Shown: in pieces, positions 1 through 10,296 of the stretch
How positions within the stretch are numbered: the first letter of the stretch is position 1
How the letters are laid out: the number at the start of each line of letters is the position of its first letter
From: a virus
Lineage: Duplodnaviria; Caudoviricetes
Length of the DNA: 64,000 nt
IMG/VR virus record: IMGVR_UViG_3300033405_000003
Strand: one strand, 5' to 3'
Program-made: the position numbers and the translations under genes
Notes under the pieces: generated by a model
Databases searched by the model: none
Seen by the model: only the letters and a program-made list of their open reading frames with translations
What the model was told of the DNA's origin: nothing

Positions 1-174
1 GACGCGATCGCTCGGCCACGTTCACGTGAAGTGCCACCACTGCGAGGATCACTTCATCGCAACGGACGACCACATCATCGCCCACCGCGTCGTCCTCTGC
101 CGCGGGGGCGGCGGCCACAGCGTCCCGATCGTGAAGTGCCCGCGCTGCGGCGCGACGACCACGCTGGAGAACCG

Positions 175-525
175 ATGAGCGACGCGATCGACCCGCTCGG
201 CGACTCGCCCGCGAGCAAGCTCACCAAGGCTCTCCTCTCCATCGAGTGGCACCGGAACGGCGGCGGCACGCTCACCTGCCAAGGGTGCGGGTCGTGGACG
301 TTCAGGCCGACCCACGTGAGGCCCGAGCAGACGCTCGACGGGGCCGGGTGCTGGGTCGACGAGGCGCTCACGGCGGCGGGGTACCCCGACCACGACTCGA
401 GGGAGGCCGGGCGGCGCCGCATCGACGACGTCGAGCGCGAGCGGGTCGACGCCCTCCACGAGCAGCGGCGCGCGGCCCGGGACGCCGCCCAAAAGGACCA
501 GCACGAGTTCGACGAGTCGGGGTGA
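175..525 (+). CDS. hypothetical protein (CxxC motif)
   Basis: ATG at 175 after GGAGA; high-GC3 frame. Confidence 0.55.
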   Translation: MSDAIDPLGDSPASKLTKALLSIEWHRNGGGTLTCQGCGSWTFRPTHVRPEQTLDGAGCWVDEALTAAGYPDHDSREAGRRRIDDVERERVDALHEQRRAARDAAQKDQHEFDESG

Positions 526-544
526 GTATTCTCGAAATCGGGTA

Positions 545-573
545 TTGCGATCCTCGAAGATTAGGATTACCGT
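545..573 (+). promoter_or_regulatory. sigma70-like promoter, leaderless, for padR
   Basis: TTGCGA-N17-TACCGT, ATG 6 nt downstream; short inverted repeat ATCCT..AGGAT between the boxes. Confidence 0.55.
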
Positions 574-579
574 CACACG

Positions 580-894
580 ATGCTCTCCTCGCCGCTCACC
601 AGCCGGGCCGCAGTCCTCGAGATCCTCGCCCGCGGCGAGACCTACGGCCTCAGCATCCTCGACCAGTTCAAGCGCCGGACCTCCGGCAAGGTCCGCATCT
701 ACCAGGGCTCGCTCTACCCGCTCCTCCGGGACCTCGAGAAGGAGAAGCTCGTCGCCTCCCGCGTGGGTGAGGCGGCCGACAGGGGTGGCAGGCCGCGCGT
801 CTACTACAAGCTCACCGCGGCCGGCAGGCGCGCGGCCGTGAGCTGCCGGAAGCTCACGCTCGGGTTCTACAAGAAGAAGGGCGGGCGCAGGTGA
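580..894 (+). CDS. PadR-family winged-helix transcriptional regulator
   Basis: YGLSI...GSLYPLLRDLEKEKLV...GRPRVYYKLT PadR signature. Confidence 0.9.
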   Translation: MLSSPLTSRAAVLEILARGETYGLSILDQFKRRTSGKVRIYQGSLYPLLRDLEKEKLVASRVGEAADRGGRPRVYYKLTAAGRRAAVSCRKLTLGFYKKKGGRR

Positions 895-1154
895 TAGCCG
901 ACCGCGTGCTCGGGCCGGCGGATGAGAAGGAGCGCAAGCGCTTCCTCAAGCGCGCCCTGCGCTTCACGGTCAAGGACAAGGCCGAGGGCGAGCGCGTCGT
1001 CTCCGACCTCTGCAAGCAGTTCTCCGGCATCAAGACGTTCGTCGTCGACGACACGTGTGTCGCTTTCCAGCACGCCGAGGGCGAGCGCGCGCTCACGGTT
1101 TTCTACCTCATCGGGTGGTTCGCGGGCCAAGGCCGGGTGTTCGTATGCGAGTGA
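891..1154 (+). CDS. hypothetical protein
   Basis: GTGA overlap with padR stop. Confidence 0.55.
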   Translation: MIADRVLGPADEKERKRFLKRALRFTVKDKAEGERVVSDLCKQFSGIKTFVVDDTCVAFQHAEGERALTVFYLIGWFAGQGRVFVCE

Positions 1155-1179
1155 AGCTGGCGGTCGAGAGGGCGACGTC

Positions 1180-1497
1180 ATGGAGACGATGACGGGCAAC
1201 GTTGATGGACCGGATGAAGAGCAGCAGCGCGTGCTCTGTGCGTTCTGCGGCGCAAGCATCCCGGTGCGCGTGACCGCGATCGTTGCCCACGCGCTCGACG
1301 AGTGCCGCTCGAACCTGCGCGCCGAGCGCGACGGGCTGAAGAAGGAGCGCGGGATCGCCATGGAGGCCATGCTGAAGGCGTGGGCCGCGCTCGACATGCT
1401 GGACTCCTCGGCCTTGCAGCCCGTGAAGGAGTCCAAGGAGAAGCTCCGGGCTGGGCTCGTGGCGCTCGGGACAGAACCTATGCGGGGCACGCGATGA
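1180..1497 (+). CDS. hypothetical protein (Zn-finger-like + coiled coil)
   Basis: CAFC..H..C motif; coupled to next ORF. Confidence 0.55.
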   Translation: METMTGNVDGPDEEQQRVLCAFCGASIPVRVTAIVAHALDECRSNLRAERDGLKKERGIAMEAMLKAWAALDMLDSSALQPVKESKEKLRAGLVALGTEPMRGTR

Positions 1498-1661
1498 CGG
1501 ACAAAGTGAAGCAAGCGATCGAGCTGCTCTGCTCGATGACGGAAGACGAGCGGGAGAAAGCGCTCGAGAACTTCTGCTGCGCCTGCCACACCCCGATCGA
1601 CGGGCCCGACTGGTCGGGTCGCAATTACTGCCTGAGCTGCTCGCCGGACCCGAGGGACTGA
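1494..1661 (+). CDS. small Cys-rich protein, copy 1
   Basis: MTDKVKQAIELL...CCAC...YCLSCSPDPRD; paralog at 3028. Confidence 0.6.
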   Translation: MTDKVKQAIELLCSMTEDEREKALENFCCACHTPIDGPDWSGRNYCLSCSPDPRD

Positions 1662-1884
1662 GCATGAAGGCGCAGTGTGAACGCAAGTCCCCCAAAGGCC
1701 GCGCGTGCCTCTTCGACGCCGAGCCCGTGCACGACCTCCACATGAACATGGGCGAAACCTGGTCGGATCCTGCCACGTTGCGCGTCGATCGCATCAGCGT
1801 GGCAACAACCGGCATGTTGAGCGATTTGGATCAGAGGATGGCGGCGGAGCCGCTCGACGTTCTCGGCCGCCCGAGGGGGAATCG

Positions 1885-2451
1885 GTGAGCGCCGGCGGTC
1901 CGACATGGGAAGAACGCGTGGCCGCTGCCAAGGCTGAGGGTATGCCTGTTTTCCAGAAGAACGGTATGCCCATCGTGTGTCAGCGCCACGACGGCGCCCT
2001 TCTCGAGCACGAGCACGCAGATCATCCCCACTACAAGTTCCCGGTGGAGGTCGAGTTCGTGGGTTCCAAACCCGACGCCTTCCACGACCGATGCGTCCGG
2101 AAGGACAAGCGCCCGGCGCACTTCGACGGGTGCGACCTCGACTGGGACCACGAGAGCGCCACCGCGTTCTGCAAGACGTGCAAGGTGAAGCTCACCCAGG
2201 CTGAGCAGGTCCATATCCTCTCGTTCAGCGTGGCCGAAGTGGAGGAGACGACCTACGAGCCGCACACCGAGGCCCTCATCTACAACGACGACAGCATCGC
2301 CATCACGCTGCACGAGTGCTGCTACACGATGTGGTCGCGATGGCGCGGGGGAGGCTTCCTCCACGGGCCCGACTGGTCGAGGACGCGGAGGCTCACGAAT
2401 GAGGCACGCGAGAAGATCTGGGGCAAGGAGGAAGAACCCGATGCCGGTTGA
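1885..2451 (+). CDS. hypothetical protein
   Basis: GTG start overlapping upstream stop; coding-like frame. Confidence 0.55.
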   Translation: MSAGGPTWEERVAAAKAEGMPVFQKNGMPIVCQRHDGALLEHEHADHPHYKFPVEVEFVGSKPDAFHDRCVRKDKRPAHFDGCDLDWDHESATAFCKTCKVKLTQAEQVHILSFSVAEVEETTYEPHTEALIYNDDSIAITLHECCYTMWSRWRGGGFLHGPDWSRTRRLTNEAREKIWGKEEEPDAG

Positions 2452-3031
2452 CGACCACGGGATGCTGCCCAAGTCGCCTTCGCTCCACGGGGCCCAGCCC
2501 GACCCCTTCGGGGTCGTGCCCAAGTCGCCTTCGCTCCACGGGGCCCAGCCCGACCCCTTCGGGGTCGTGCCCAAGTCGCCTTCGCTCCACGGGGCCCAGC
2601 CCGACCCCTTCGGGGTCGTGCCCAAGTCGCCTTCGCTCCACGGGGCCCAGCCCGACCCCTTCGGGGTCGTGCACGTCTACGCGCAAGAGCAGTGGCACGA
2701 CGAGGCGTTCATCGTCGGCGACGCCCGCGCGCTCGCGCAGCTCCGGGACGCGATCGAGACGGCGCTCGCGTCGGGCCGCGGCAGCGCCCTCGTCATGGCC
2801 GCTGACGGCGAGGGTTACCGCCTCCACGTCGTGCGCCACGAGACGGCGCGCATGGATCGGATGGTCCTGCCGTACGCGGACTCGAGCAGGATCCTCGGCC
2901 CCGAGCCCAAGGGACGCTACCCGTCGAGCCTCGTGTCCCACCACCGCGAGGGGGAAGGCGAGGACGAGATCCTCGGCGACGACGAGTGGTTCGAGATGCA
3001 GCGTAAGTTCGGCATGGAGTACGAGAAATGA
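2441..3031 (+). CDS. hypothetical protein with 4 x 17-aa repeat
   Basis: RBS GGAGG; PKSPSLHGAQPDPFGVV repeats. Confidence 0.6.
   Translation: MPVDDHGMLPKSPSLHGAQPDPFGVVPKSPSLHGAQPDPFGVVPKSPSLHGAQPDPFGVVPKSPSLHGAQPDPFGVVHVYAQEQWHDEAFIVGDARALAQLRDAIETALASGRGSALVMAADGEGYRLHVVRHETARMDRMVLPYADSSRILGPEPKGRYPSSLVSHHREGEGEDEILGDDEWFEMQRKFGMEYEK
2466..2672 (+). repeat. perfect tandem repeat, 51 bp x 4
   Basis: TGCCCAAGTCGCCTTCGCTCCACGGGGCCCAGCCCGACCCCTTCGGGGTCG at 2466, 2517, 2568, 2619. Confidence 0.95.
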
Positions 3032-3204
3032 TGATGTCGACGGACAGAGCGAAAAAAGCGGTCGAGCTGCTCCGCTCATTGACGGAAGACGAGCGCGAGG
3101 AAGTGCTCGAGAGCTTCTGCCGCGCTTGCCATGTCCCGATCGACGAGCCCGACTGGTCGGGTCGCAACTACTGCTTGAGCTGCTCGCCGGACCCGAGGGA
3201 CTGA
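3028..3204 (+). CDS. small Cys-rich protein, copy 2
   Basis: MMMSTDRAKKAVELL...CRAC...YCLSCSPDPRD; paralog of 1494-1661. Confidence 0.6.
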   Translation: MMMSTDRAKKAVELLRSLTEDEREEVLESFCRACHVPIDEPDWSGRNYCLSCSPDPRD

Positions 3205-3764
3205 GCATGTTGAGCGACGAGGACGCCATCATCGCGTGCGGGAACATCGGCTACGACCTCACGTGCGGCGCGTGCGCCGAGAGGTTCTTCACGGGCGGCT
3301 CGTGGGGGACCGAGCACGACGAGGGGTGCAAGACGATCCCCGAGCTGAAGGTGCGCAACACCGTGACCATCACGAGCGTGCCGCCAAAGGAACCGAGGAC
3401 TTGATGCTCGTCTACACGATCGGCGACGTCGTCGCGGGCGTAGCCCTCGTCCTGCTCGTCCTCGGCGGCGGCGCGGCGTGGGCCTGGGTCGGGCACCTCG
3501 ACAGGCAGACGAAGAAGCGCGAGCGCGCGAGGACGGAGAAGCCATGAAGCGCCGCAGGGAGAAGCACGCGTTCAGGCGCGAGATGCGCGAGGTCAGGCGG
3601 GACGCGATCCGCGAGCGCGGAGACCACCGGCGCTGGTGGTGGATGGCGGTGCCCGAGTCGATGGCCGGCGACTGGGAGCCCGTCTACGAGGGCGGCGTCT
3701 GGGAGTTCGACCCGGAGCACGGCCGGACGGTCGCGTACCCGAACGGTATTCCCGAGGAGATCAC

Positions 3765-4439
3765 ATGAAGAAGATACAGTGCGTGTTCCAGCGGGATTTC
3801 GTCCCGCGTAAAAAGGGCCGCGGCAACGAGGCCATACTCAAACCGGACTTCACCCCCGGCGTTGAGCGCGTGATGGCCGAGGGCATCGCGACCGTGAAGT
3901 TCGACGGGACCGCGTGCGCCGTCATCGCGGGCCCGGGCAACGGCATCCACATGGCCTGGGTCCCGCTGCTCCTCCGCTCGAACAATTTCCTCTACAAGCG
4001 CTACGACGCGAAGGGGGGCAAGCCCCCGCCGGCCGGCGGCATCCCGTGCGACGAGCCGGACAAGACGACCGGGCATTGGCCGCACTGGGTCCTCGTCATG
4101 GACGGGCCCGAGGACAAATGGGCGCGCGAGGCGTACCTGCGCCTCAAGCAGCCGCTCGAACCCGGGACGTACGAACTCTGCGGCCCGCACCTCCAGGGAA
4201 ACCCCCAGGCCCTCGCGGAGGACGAGTTCATCAAGCACGGCTCCGTCGTGATCGAGCCGGGCAAGTTCGAGCGGACGTTCGAGGGCATGCGCGCGTACCT
4301 CTCGGCCGCGCCGATCGAGGGGATCGTGTTCTGGCTGGATGGCGCGCCGCGCGCGAAGATACGCCGGAAGGATTTCGGGCTCGACTGGCCGCCGGCCAAA
4401 GAGGGCTGCACGCACCACAGCTCGCCCGAGACGCGATGA
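3765..4439 (+). CDS. putative ATP-dependent RNA ligase (DUF5565/RLIG1-like)
   Basis: nucleotidyltransferase motifs KFDGT (I), YEL (III), EGIVF (IV), AKIRRKDF (V); GHWPHW. Confidence 0.7.
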   Translation: MKKIQCVFQRDFVPRKKGRGNEAILKPDFTPGVERVMAEGIATVKFDGTACAVIAGPGNGIHMAWVPLLLRSNNFLYKRYDAKGGKPPPAGGIPCDEPDKTTGHWPHWVLVMDGPEDKWAREAYLRLKQPLEPGTYELCGPHLQGNPQALAEDEFIKHGSVVIEPGKFERTFEGMRAYLSAAPIEGIVFWLDGAPRAKIRRKDFGLDWPPAKEGCTHHSSPETR

Positions 4440-4850
4440 AGCTCGACGCCGAGTTCCGGAGGAAGGTCTGGCTCACGCTCTCGGTGATGGGCGGGATCGG
4501 GGCGATGGTGCTCTGGTATTGGATGCACTGGGTGATGGCCGAGGCGCGCGACGAGCACCAGAGAACGTGGCCATGCGCGAGCTTCGCCTCGTACCCGATG
4601 CGCGACGTGCCGCTCCGGTGCCTGCCCGGAGCGGCGAAGGACGGCAGCCCATGACGACCACCAAAGCCCCGACCGAAGACTCCACGCTCCCCGAGTGGAA
4701 GGACTGGATCCGAGACCACACGGACATGCACTTCGGGACCGTGCAGCTCGACGCGCGGGTCGTTCTCGCGCTCGTCGCCGCGCGCGACTCCTTCAGGGAC
4801 CAGGTCGAGCGCGTCATGAAGTCCTGGGACGAGGAGAGGCAGAGGCTCTG

Positions 4851-5414
4851 ATGGCGCTCTGGGAGTGGGCGGACCGCGGGCCGCGGTGGGCGTTCGTTGT
4901 CGATATGGACTCCTACGCCGGCAACTTCGAGCGCGAGCTTTCGAGCTTCGTCGTCGGGCGCTGCGACGAGCACGGCGACCACCGCGGGGGGCCGTACAGG
5001 GAGATGTTCGAGAAGGAGGTCCGCGGCCGTGGCGTCCGCGGGCACTTCGAGAGGGAGGACCCGTTCGAGGACCTCGTCACGACGCGCGTCGACGACCACG
5101 GCGACGACGCGGTCTGCCGCGCGCCGATGGGGCTGGCCCCGACGCCGGGCTACTCGAACGACGGGATGGGCAACGTGAGCAAGCTCAAGCCCGGCAAGGA
5201 GCCGAAGCACGCCGCGTACAACTCGGTCGCCATCTTCCTCTCGCGCAAACCCACGGACGCGGAGCTGCGCACGCTTGTCGAGCGCAGCAAGAGGTTCACG
5301 GCCCTGCCGCCGATCAAACCGTGGGACCATAGGCCGAAGCTCCTCGGGTGCAGGCTCGTCGAGGAGCGCACGGAGATCGTCTCGCACGACCTCATCTTCT
5401 CGGCGGACCGATGA
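4851..5414 (+). CDS. hypothetical phage protein
   Basis: TGATG coupling; FVVDMDSYAGNFERE. Confidence 0.6.
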   Translation: MALWEWADRGPRWAFVVDMDSYAGNFERELSSFVVGRCDEHGDHRGGPYREMFEKEVRGRGVRGHFEREDPFEDLVTTRVDDHGDDAVCRAPMGLAPTPGYSNDGMGNVSKLKPGKEPKHAAYNSVAIFLSRKPTDAELRTLVERSKRFTALPPIKPWDHRPKLLGCRLVEERTEIVSHDLIFSADR

Positions 5415-5610
5415 GCGTGAACGCCGATCGCGCGCGCAAGATCCTCGGAGCGATGCAAGCTTTCGCCACGCTCGCGGAGATCCACGAGGTCAAGCTCGTG
5501 GTGCTCGTCAGGGGCGAACCCATGGACGCAGGGTGCACGCCCGCGGAACTCGCAGTGCTCCTCGGGCGGGCGGTCGGAGATCAGGCGGAGGAACCAAGGC
5601 GGCCAAAGCC

Positions 5611-6444
5611 ATGAGCACCGCGATCGTGCTCGACGCGTTCGCGTCGCCGCCCAAGGTCGCCGTCGGGCCCGCGAGCACGCCGCTCCCGGCAGCGGAGTTC
5701 CACAAGGCGCTCCGCGAGTGCAACCAGCTCGAGATGCGCCTGTCGCGCGTCCGCGAGCTTCAGCTCTCGTCCTACATGCTCATCTTCGACAAGGCCGCGT
5801 GGCGCTGGCTCTACAGCCTCGCGCGCGGCCGGTTCCAGCGGCAGCTCTGCATGGGGCAGCGCTCGTGGTCCGCGTGGGAGTACACGGGCCGGAAATTCCG
5901 CGTCCGCGGGAAGAAATCCGGCAAGGAGCGCCAGCTCAGCGAGCAGGCTATGAAGATCGACTCGATCGAGACGCTCCTCCGCCGCGCGGGCTACATGGAT
6001 CCCGACAAGCCCGTCGTCCCAGCCAGCGCCCCGGTCCACCACATCACGTCGGACGTCCACGCCTCGTCGAAGAAGCGGATCGTCTCGACGCTCCTCGTCG
6101 GGATCACGGCGAGAGAATGGAAGGAGGCCGAGAGCCTCCCGTGGATCATTGTCGCGAGGGCCAAGGACGCCGTCCGGAGGGACCCCACGGAGGCCGGGCT
6201 CGCGCTCATGCGGGCGCTGCTCAAAGCGGCGCGGCACGCGGCCCTCCTCGACCGGAAATGCTGGCTCGCGCCCCCGCTCGAATGGGTCGTCGAGGTCGAG
6301 AGCAAGCGCTACGTGCGCAGACCGCGACCGAAGCCGCGGAAGTCCGAGAAGAAGGTCGTCGTGCACGCGGAGATGGTGCTGGACGCCGAGGACGATCCCT
6401 TCGCAGACGACGGCGATCCCGATCCCGGGAAGTTCCCGCCATGA
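5611..6444 (+). CDS. hypothetical protein
   Basis: ATGA coupling at both ends. Confidence 0.6.
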   Translation: MSTAIVLDAFASPPKVAVGPASTPLPAAEFHKALRECNQLEMRLSRVRELQLSSYMLIFDKAAWRWLYSLARGRFQRQLCMGQRSWSAWEYTGRKFRVRGKKSGKERQLSEQAMKIDSIETLLRRAGYMDPDKPVVPASAPVHHITSDVHASSKKRIVSTLLVGITAREWKEAESLPWIIVARAKDAVRRDPTEAGLALMRALLKAARHAALLDRKCWLAPPLEWVVEVESKRYVRRPRPKPRKSEKKVVVHAEMVLDAEDDPFADDGDPDPGKFPP

Positions 6445-6688
6445 CGATGCGGCTCCCCGACCGCGGAGAGAGGGCCGTGTGCCGCCGCTGCGGCATGGTG
6501 ATGGACGACTGCGAGCCGATGGGCGCCGCGGAGTTCTGGCACAAGAGGAAACACGCGGACGGCACGCCGAGCCAGTGCAGGAACGCCGGCAAGCAGTTCT
6601 TCCCCGGCGACGCGGAGATCGAGCCGTTCATGCGCAAGCGCGAGAGGCGCCGGACGAGGCGCCGGAGAGTCGTAGACTAGGAGGACCC

Positions 6689-7000
6689 ATGGGACAGATC
6701 ACGATGACGACGTGCGACCACTGCGGGAGGAAAGTCGAGAACCCCAACGAGCACCGGGGCTGGATCAGCCTCGGCGGCACCGAGCACATCCTCGAGCGCG
6801 TCCACATCTCGCGCGCGACGGGCGTGTTCGCGCAGGGGCCCGGGGAGTGCTCGGGCTTTGTGTCCGACTACATCGACCGCGCCTCGGACTTCTGCGGCAT
6901 TGCGTGCCTCGTCGCCGCGCTCGACAAGAAAGCGCGCGAGCGCGAGGACAAGAAGTGCGAGGCCGCCAAGAAGAACGAGGAGCAGCGGAGCCGATCATGA
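6689..7000 (+). CDS. hypothetical Zn-finger protein
   Basis: RBS GGAGG; CDHC...FCGIAC. Confidence 0.6.
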   Translation: MGQITMTTCDHCGRKVENPNEHRGWISLGGTEHILERVHISRATGVFAQGPGECSGFVSDYIDRASDFCGIACLVAALDKKAREREDKKCEAAKKNEEQRSRS

Positions 7001-7190
7001 CGACGCTGCTCGACGACATCGAAGACGAGTGCAGGGCGCTCGACAAGCTCGCGAAGGCCGCGAAGAAGCACAAGAGCGTGACCCTCAGCCCGGGCGAGGC
7101 CAAGCTGATCCAGAAACACATCGACTGGCTGGCGAGGGAGCGCGAGTCCCTCATCAGCTCGCTGCCCGACGACGACTGAGGGGACCCGCG

Positions 7191-7484
7191 ATGCCGACGT
7201 TCAAGATCGAGATGCGCCTGCACAAGACGGTCACGCTCACGGTGGAGGCCGAGAGCGAGGACGAGGTGAACGACGTGCTCGAGGAGTTGGGCGACGACCT
7301 CGACCCCGAGATGTACTGGAAGGGCGAGACGCTCGAGGACTGGAACCAGGGAAACCCGGTGAGCGTCACGCCCGCCCCCGGAAACCCTGAGGCCGACTAC
7401 GTGATCGGCAAGACGCGCTTCGGGCGCGACTTCGTCGCCAGGCACAAGAGCGAAGTGCTCCCTGGCATGGGCGGGAAGAAATGA
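7191..7484 (+). CDS. acidic hypothetical protein
   Basis: RBS GAGGGG; VTLTVEAESEDE. Confidence 0.6.
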   Translation: MPTFKIEMRLHKTVTLTVEAESEDEVNDVLEELGDDLDPEMYWKGETLEDWNQGNPVSVTPAPGNPEADYVIGKTRFGRDFVARHKSEVLPGMGGKK

Positions 7485-7641
7485 AGCGCTACCCGCGGCG
7501 GTCGCGCGCGAAGCGGCTCCTCCAGCTCGCGCGGCGCATCTCCCAGATCGAGGACGAGATCCGGGCGAAGCGCCTGGAGTTCGAGCGCCTGCTCCGCGAG
7601 CCGGACCCGCAGCTCGCGCTCCCTTTCCCCAGGGGAGCGCG

Positions 7642-8163
7642 ATGAACTTCCGCCTCGTCTGCCACGAGTGCGCGTCCAGGCTCCGGACGGAGATCAAGAG
7701 CATCGGGTTCCTCGAGCACCCGGACACGAGGTGCGCGCGGTGCGGGGTCTACATCCGGTCTGGGACGAAGGACCTCGGCCCGGTCGTCCGGTGGTTCCCG
7801 GTCACGGACGAGCAGCTCGCGGAGCTGCGCGCCCAGGAGACGGGGGAGCCCGACGACCGGCTCCACATCGGCTTCGGCCTCGACGAGGGCGAGGAGGACC
7901 TCGGGGCCGCGCAGGACGAGATCTGCAAGGCCAGGATCGTGCGGTGCAAGATCTACGAGTGCGAGCCCGAGCAGACGGGCGGGGCGCACGTCGTCCAGGT
8001 CTACATGAACGACCACACGCCCCGCCCGGTCTTCGCCGGCACCGCGTGGCGCCACGACCGGTTCCCGTCGAACCTAGACGTCGCGATCGCCCTCATGCGG
8101 TGGCGAGGCCCGAGCGCGCCCGAGTTCATCATCGAGCGCCACGAGGGAAAGGGCGATGAATGA
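7642..8163 (+). CDS. hypothetical protein (two CxxC)
   Basis: ORF track; coupled to neighbours. Confidence 0.55.
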   Translation: MNFRLVCHECASRLRTEIKSIGFLEHPDTRCARCGVYIRSGTKDLGPVVRWFPVTDEQLAELRAQETGEPDDRLHIGFGLDEGEEDLGAAQDEICKARIVRCKIYECEPEQTGGAHVVQVYMNDHTPRPVFAGTAWRHDRFPSNLDVAIALMRWRGPSAPEFIIERHEGKGDE

Positions 8164-8892
8164 GCTGCTCTGGAACGCGTGCTTGGGGGCGCTGCTCGAC
8201 AAGGCGAGGAGGATGGGACCGATGAAGCGATTCTGGGCGATCATGGCGACGGCCGCGTTCATCGGGTGCGCGGCGGGCTGGTTCGGGCACGCCTTCTACG
8301 CGAGCGCCGAGGCCGGGAGGCCCTGCCGCGAGGAGGTGATTAGCGTCGACGGCGCTCACGGCGCCGTGTCATGCTCGCACGGAGAGCAGACGGGAGAGCT
8401 GAAGGACGGGTACCTCGTCTGCCGGTGCACCAAGAAGAAGTGAGGACGGCATGCCGGAATTCGATCTCCACGAGTACCTCGACGCGAACTTCGCGCGTGT
8501 GATCGAGAACGCCAAGAAGCTCACGCCGGGGATGGACGAGGTCCTGCGCGCCGGGACCATCGCGGGCTTCCTCATGAAGACGGGCATCAAGCTCGCGGCG
8601 AAGCACGGCGCGCCGCGCGAGACCGTCGAGCAGTCCCTCCTCGAGACCGTGGCTGAGTTCTACGAGTCTTGAGGCCTAAGAATGTCGAACAGCTTGACGA
8701 AATTCGAGGACGACGCGCCGCCGGGCGACCACGTCTACCTCTACTGGGACCGCGAGCGCAAAGAGTGGCGCATCTGGTTCGCAGATCCCAATGGGACGGG
8801 CGAGCCCGAGTTCCCCATGTTCAAGAGCGGCGACTACGACCGGTTCGACTACAAGCTCCACCGGTACAGGCTCGTGAGGGAGTGAGCTACGC

Positions 8893-9477
8893 ATGAAGCG
8901 CGAGAAGCGCAAAACGAAGCGTGAGCGCAAGGCGGGAAACACGAAGCCGGGAGGGCTCGCCCCGGCGGATGCGAGCGCACGGACGCTGGACCTCGTCGCC
9001 AGCTCGATGCGGAAAGAGGCCGAGCTGACCCGCAAGAAGGGCGGCGGCCCGCCAGCTTTCCGGGTGGCGAGCGGCTGGAAGTTCGGCCTGTCGCACGGGC
9101 CGGTCCCGACGCCCACCCGCGAGGTGTGGGAGCGCCTCGGCGACTCCGTCATGGACAAGTTCGGGTTCAAGAACAAACCCTCGTCGTACGACGAGTTCCT
9201 CCGGATGCTCGAGGAGGCGAAGGCCCACGGCGCCGACCAGCTCCTCAGCCGCGAGTGGATCTTCTCCGCGTCGCTCCACCCGCGCGGGCGAAGCTCGACG
9301 GAGGCGGACTGGCGCTTCCTCGGGCAGATGGCGTACGCCGTCGGCGCGCCGCCGGACTCCCTCAAGACGCCCTTCGAGACGACGCCCCCGAACGACGTGC
9401 ACTACTGGATCTGGTTCGAGGACCCGCCCATGCCGCTCGGGATGCCGCCGGCCGAGGACCGCCGCGGGCCGAATTGA
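8893..9477 (+). CDS. hypothetical protein
   Basis: coding-like frame. Confidence 0.55.
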   Translation: MKREKRKTKRERKAGNTKPGGLAPADASARTLDLVASSMRKEAELTRKKGGGPPAFRVASGWKFGLSHGPVPTPTREVWERLGDSVMDKFGFKNKPSSYDEFLRMLEEAKAHGADQLLSREWIFSASLHPRGRSSTEADWRFLGQMAYAVGAPPDSLKTPFETTPPNDVHYWIWFEDPPMPLGMPPAEDRRGPN

Positions 9478-9492
9478 GGTAAGCTCGGCGCG

Positions 9493-9984
9493 ATGGAACA
9501 GCACGAGGGCCCCATGACGCCGGAGCAGCTCGAGGCGTACAGGAAGACGACCGAGGCGATCCGCGAGCGCGGGGCCGCCTTCGAGGACGAGGCCGAAAGG
9601 CTCAAGGCGGAGACCGCGGCGCTCGAAAAGCACAACCGCGAGATGGAGCAGCAGCGCCGCGAGATGGAGGCCCACACGGAGCGCCTGCTCGCGCACGGCG
9701 CCCGTATCAAATATCAACAAGAGATAAATTCGGTCGCCATCAACGTGCTCGTCTCGATACTGACGAAGGACGCGCTCAAATCCATCAAGGAGAGCGAGTT
9801 CTCCGCGGCGCCCAAGCTCGACATCGCGCAGACGGTGGACTTTTCGCTCATGGTGGCCAAGCGCTACATCGACGAGCTGCACAAGATCAACGTGTCGACG
9901 AGGCAGATCGAGGAGTACAAGGATCTCTGCGCGATGCAGCCCGGCGGCCAGCCCATCGTCACGCCGCCGCCCGACGGCGGGTAG
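9493..9984 (+). CDS. coiled-coil hypothetical protein
   Basis: TAAGCT -10 box 7 nt before ATG; E/K/R-rich helix. Confidence 0.6.
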   Translation: MEQHEGPMTPEQLEAYRKTTEAIRERGAAFEDEAERLKAETAALEKHNREMEQQRREMEAHTERLLAHGARIKYQQEINSVAINVLVSILTKDALKSIKESEFSAAPKLDIAQTVDFSLMVAKRYIDELHKINVSTRQIEEYKDLCAMQPGGQPIVTPPPDGG

Positions 9985-10296
9985 GTTCTGCGGAAGTTGC
10001 GGGCGCCCCGCGGCCGGGCGATGATGGGCCCATGACGCTACCGAAGGACGCGATGCTCCCGCTGCTCTTCGCGGGCGTGGGGACCGGCTACTTCGCGGTC
10101 ACGGTCCTCAGGAAGCCCGACGTCCCGCGGGACCACCTCCTCGAGCGCGACCTCCAGGCGCTTGCGGCGTGGGAGCGGCACAAGCGGGACGCGACGATCG
10201 GCCTCGTGGCGGGGCTCGCTGCGGCCGGCCTCTTGTGGGCGACGCGCGAGCGTGAGCGGGAAGTGCGGCGCGACAGCTTCGCGTGAGGAGATCACG

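Noticed and set aside
2466-2672. CRISPR array
   Set aside because: Units are contiguous and identical, with no spacers, and are in frame within a CDS
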